Origin: Bacteroidetes bacterium 4572_128
GTDB lineage: Bacteria > Bacteroidota > Bacteroidia > Bacteroidales > 4572-128
Length of the DNA stretch: 50,581 bases
Direction of reading: 5' to 3'
NCBI GenBank assembly: GCA_002084355.1
Contig: NBLL01000001.1
Location: 1 to 50,581, forward strand
The position numbers and the translations under genes are program-made. Shown piece by piece: positions 49,298-50,581 of the stretch. Every line of letters starts with the position of its first letter. Position 1 is the first letter of the stretch. Below the pieces are notes generated by a model, which saw only the letters and a program-made list of their open reading frames with translations, was not told the DNA's origin and made no database searches.

Positions 49298-50392
49298 ATG
49301 AGATTTATAGTTTCAAGTTCTGAGTTGCTTATGCACTTACAAATGGTAAGTAAAGTTATTGGTAATAGAAATTCTCTTCCTATTCTTGATAATTTTCTGT
49401 TTAATTTAAGAAAAGATGAAGTTTTAACGGTTACAACTTCTGATTTAGAAACAACATTAACGACAGAAATAGAAGATCTAAGTATGGTAGAAGGAGAGGG
49501 AAATATTGCTATAGAGTCAAAAAGATTATTAGAAATTTTAAGATTGTTACCAGAACAACCATTAACTTTTGAAATAAACGAAGAAAACCTTGACGCAATT
49601 ATTTTTTCAGAAAACGGTGAATTTAGTATAGCAGCTTATCCGCCAGAAGATTTTCCATTACCTCCAGAAGTAGATAAAGAAAAAGGAGTTGATCTTGTTT
49701 TAGACGCTAATCTTTTTCTTAATGGAATAAATACGACGCTTTTTGCAACTGGAGATGACGAATTACGTCCAGTTATGAATGGTATATTTATTGAATTTTT
49801 AAAATCTTTTATTTTACCAAATAAACCATCATCTTTATTAAAAAGTTTTTTATCTAAGGAAGATAATGTTTCTTTGAAATTTGATGATAAAAATGCTATT
49901 TTTTCAATAGGAAATAGAAAATTAGTTTGTCGTTTGCAAGAGGGCGAATATCCTGCTTACAATAATGTTATTCCTTTGGAAAATCCAAATAAAATGGTGA
50001 TTGAAAGAATGGACTTTTTAAATTCTTTAAAAAGAGTACATGCTTTTTCTAACGAAATAACAAGTCTTGTAGAATTGGAATTAGATAAAGATCAAATTAA
50101 AGTTTCTGCAAAAGACGTTGATTATAATGTTTCTGCTTACGAGAATTTATCTTGTGAATATTCTAATGAAAAAATAAAAATTGGGTTTAAAGGTTCTTAT
50201 TTAACAGAGATTTTACAAAATTTAAAATCTGCTGACATAAATTTTGAATTGTCAGACCCAAACAGAGCAGCACTTTTATTTCCTTATGTAAATGAAAATG
50301 AAAACGAAGATGTATTGATGTTAATTATGCCTATGATGATAGATGTTTATTATGCCTATGATGATAGATGTTTAAAAAACATAAAGTTTTAA
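49298..50392 (+). CDS. dnaN: DNA polymerase III beta sliding clamp, aberrant (in-frame internal deletion and altered C-terminus)
   Basis: Clear DnaN N-terminus (MRFIVSSSELL...LPILDNFLF...) and C-terminus (...NRAALLFP...MLIMPMMI). The universally conserved ATDxHRL strand of domain II is absent (junction ...RPVMNGIFIEF | LKSFILPNKP near 49799). The 3' end is extended by a 25-bp tandem duplication. Confidence 0.8.
   Translation: MRFIVSSSELLMHLQMVSKVIGNRNSLPILDNFLFNLRKDEVLTVTTSDLETTLTTEIEDLSMVEGEGNIAIESKRLLEILRLLPEQPLTFEINEENLDAIIFSENGEFSIAAYPPEDFPLPPEVDKEKGVDLVLDANLFLNGINTTLFATGDDELRPVMNGIFIEFLKSFILPNKPSSLLKSFLSKEDNVSLKFDDKNAIFSIGNRKLVCRLQEGEYPAYNNVIPLENPNKMVIERMDFLNSLKRVHAFSNEITSLVELELDKDQIKVSAKDVDYNVSAYENLSCEYSNEKIKIGFKGSYLTEILQNLKSADINFELSDPNRAALLFPYVNENENEDVLMLIMPMMIDVYYAYDDRCLKNIKF
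50324..50373 (+). repeat. perfect 25-bp tandem duplication at the dnaN stop codon
   Basis: ATTATGCCTATGATGATAGATGTTT occurs at 50324-50348 and again at 50349-50373. Confidence 0.95.
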
Positions 50393-50395
50393 TTC

Positions 50396-50431
50396 AAATT
50401 CCAATTTTTAAAAAAATTGGAATTTTTTTTT
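50396..50431 (+). terminator. rho-independent terminator after dnaN
   Basis: AAATTCCAATTTTT / AAAAATTGGAATTT palindrome followed by a T9 run, 4 nt after the stop. Confidence 0.55.
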
Positions 50432-50581
50432 CAAAAAAACGACCAAATTTTAATGATTTTTTAAAATTAAAAAAATATTTTTTTCAAAAAAACGACCAAA
50501 TTTTAATGATTTTTTAAAATTAAAAAAATTTTTTTTTCAAAAAAACGACCAAATTTTAATGATTTTTTAAAATTAAAAAAA
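50432..50581 (+). repeat. A/T-block repeat family array (A14), core CGACCAAA, 53-bp period
   Basis: Three essentially identical units, CAAAAAAACGACCAAATTTTAATGATTTTTTAAAATTAAAAAAA(T)ATTTTTTT. The core C is at 50440, 50493 and 50546. The array runs off the window end. Confidence 0.9.

Overview
This is an extremely AT-rich bacterial chromosome segment (GC judged by eye, not computed). Gene content looks like Bacteroidota, Flavobacteriia-like: BatD/TPR aerotolerance-type genes, a TonB-dependent receptor, TAnnTTTG promoter boxes, and an AtpD with the phylum-typical insertion. I count about 45 protein-coding loci.

Gene content:
- Housekeeping genes: glnA, glyA, atpD-atpC, dnaN, pyrC, tatC, and a serA-like gene.
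- Envelope and polysaccharide genes: a GT4 glycosyltransferase, a flippase, UDP-glucuronate decarboxylase, an LpoB-like lipoprotein, and a TonB-dependent receptor.
- Two Cache-HAMP-GAF-PAS sensors without an output domain.
- Three secreted eukaryote-like repeat proteins (WD40, TPR, LRR).
- An accessory island at about 20.9-28.1 kb. It carries two decayed toxin-antitoxin pairs, an AAA/DUF3696-type ATPase operon ending in a frameshifted nuclease-methyltransferase fusion, and a Fic protein.

Two features dominate the window:
1. Roughly a tenth of the sequence is one unusual short repeat family, built as an A-run/T-run palindrome, CAAAAAA, a 5-8 nt G/C core, then AAAATTTTAATG. It sits in tandem arrays in almost every intergenic gap. 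The G/C core is homogenised within each array. Related units bracket the accessory cassettes.
2. At least 11 genes are disrupted, including tatC, pyrC and dnaN. Several carry a short internal deletion plus a frame change rather than a simple homopolymer slip.

I recognised no rRNA, tRNA, CRISPR array, transposase, integrase or phage genes. All domain calls come from motifs read in the translations; no searches were run.
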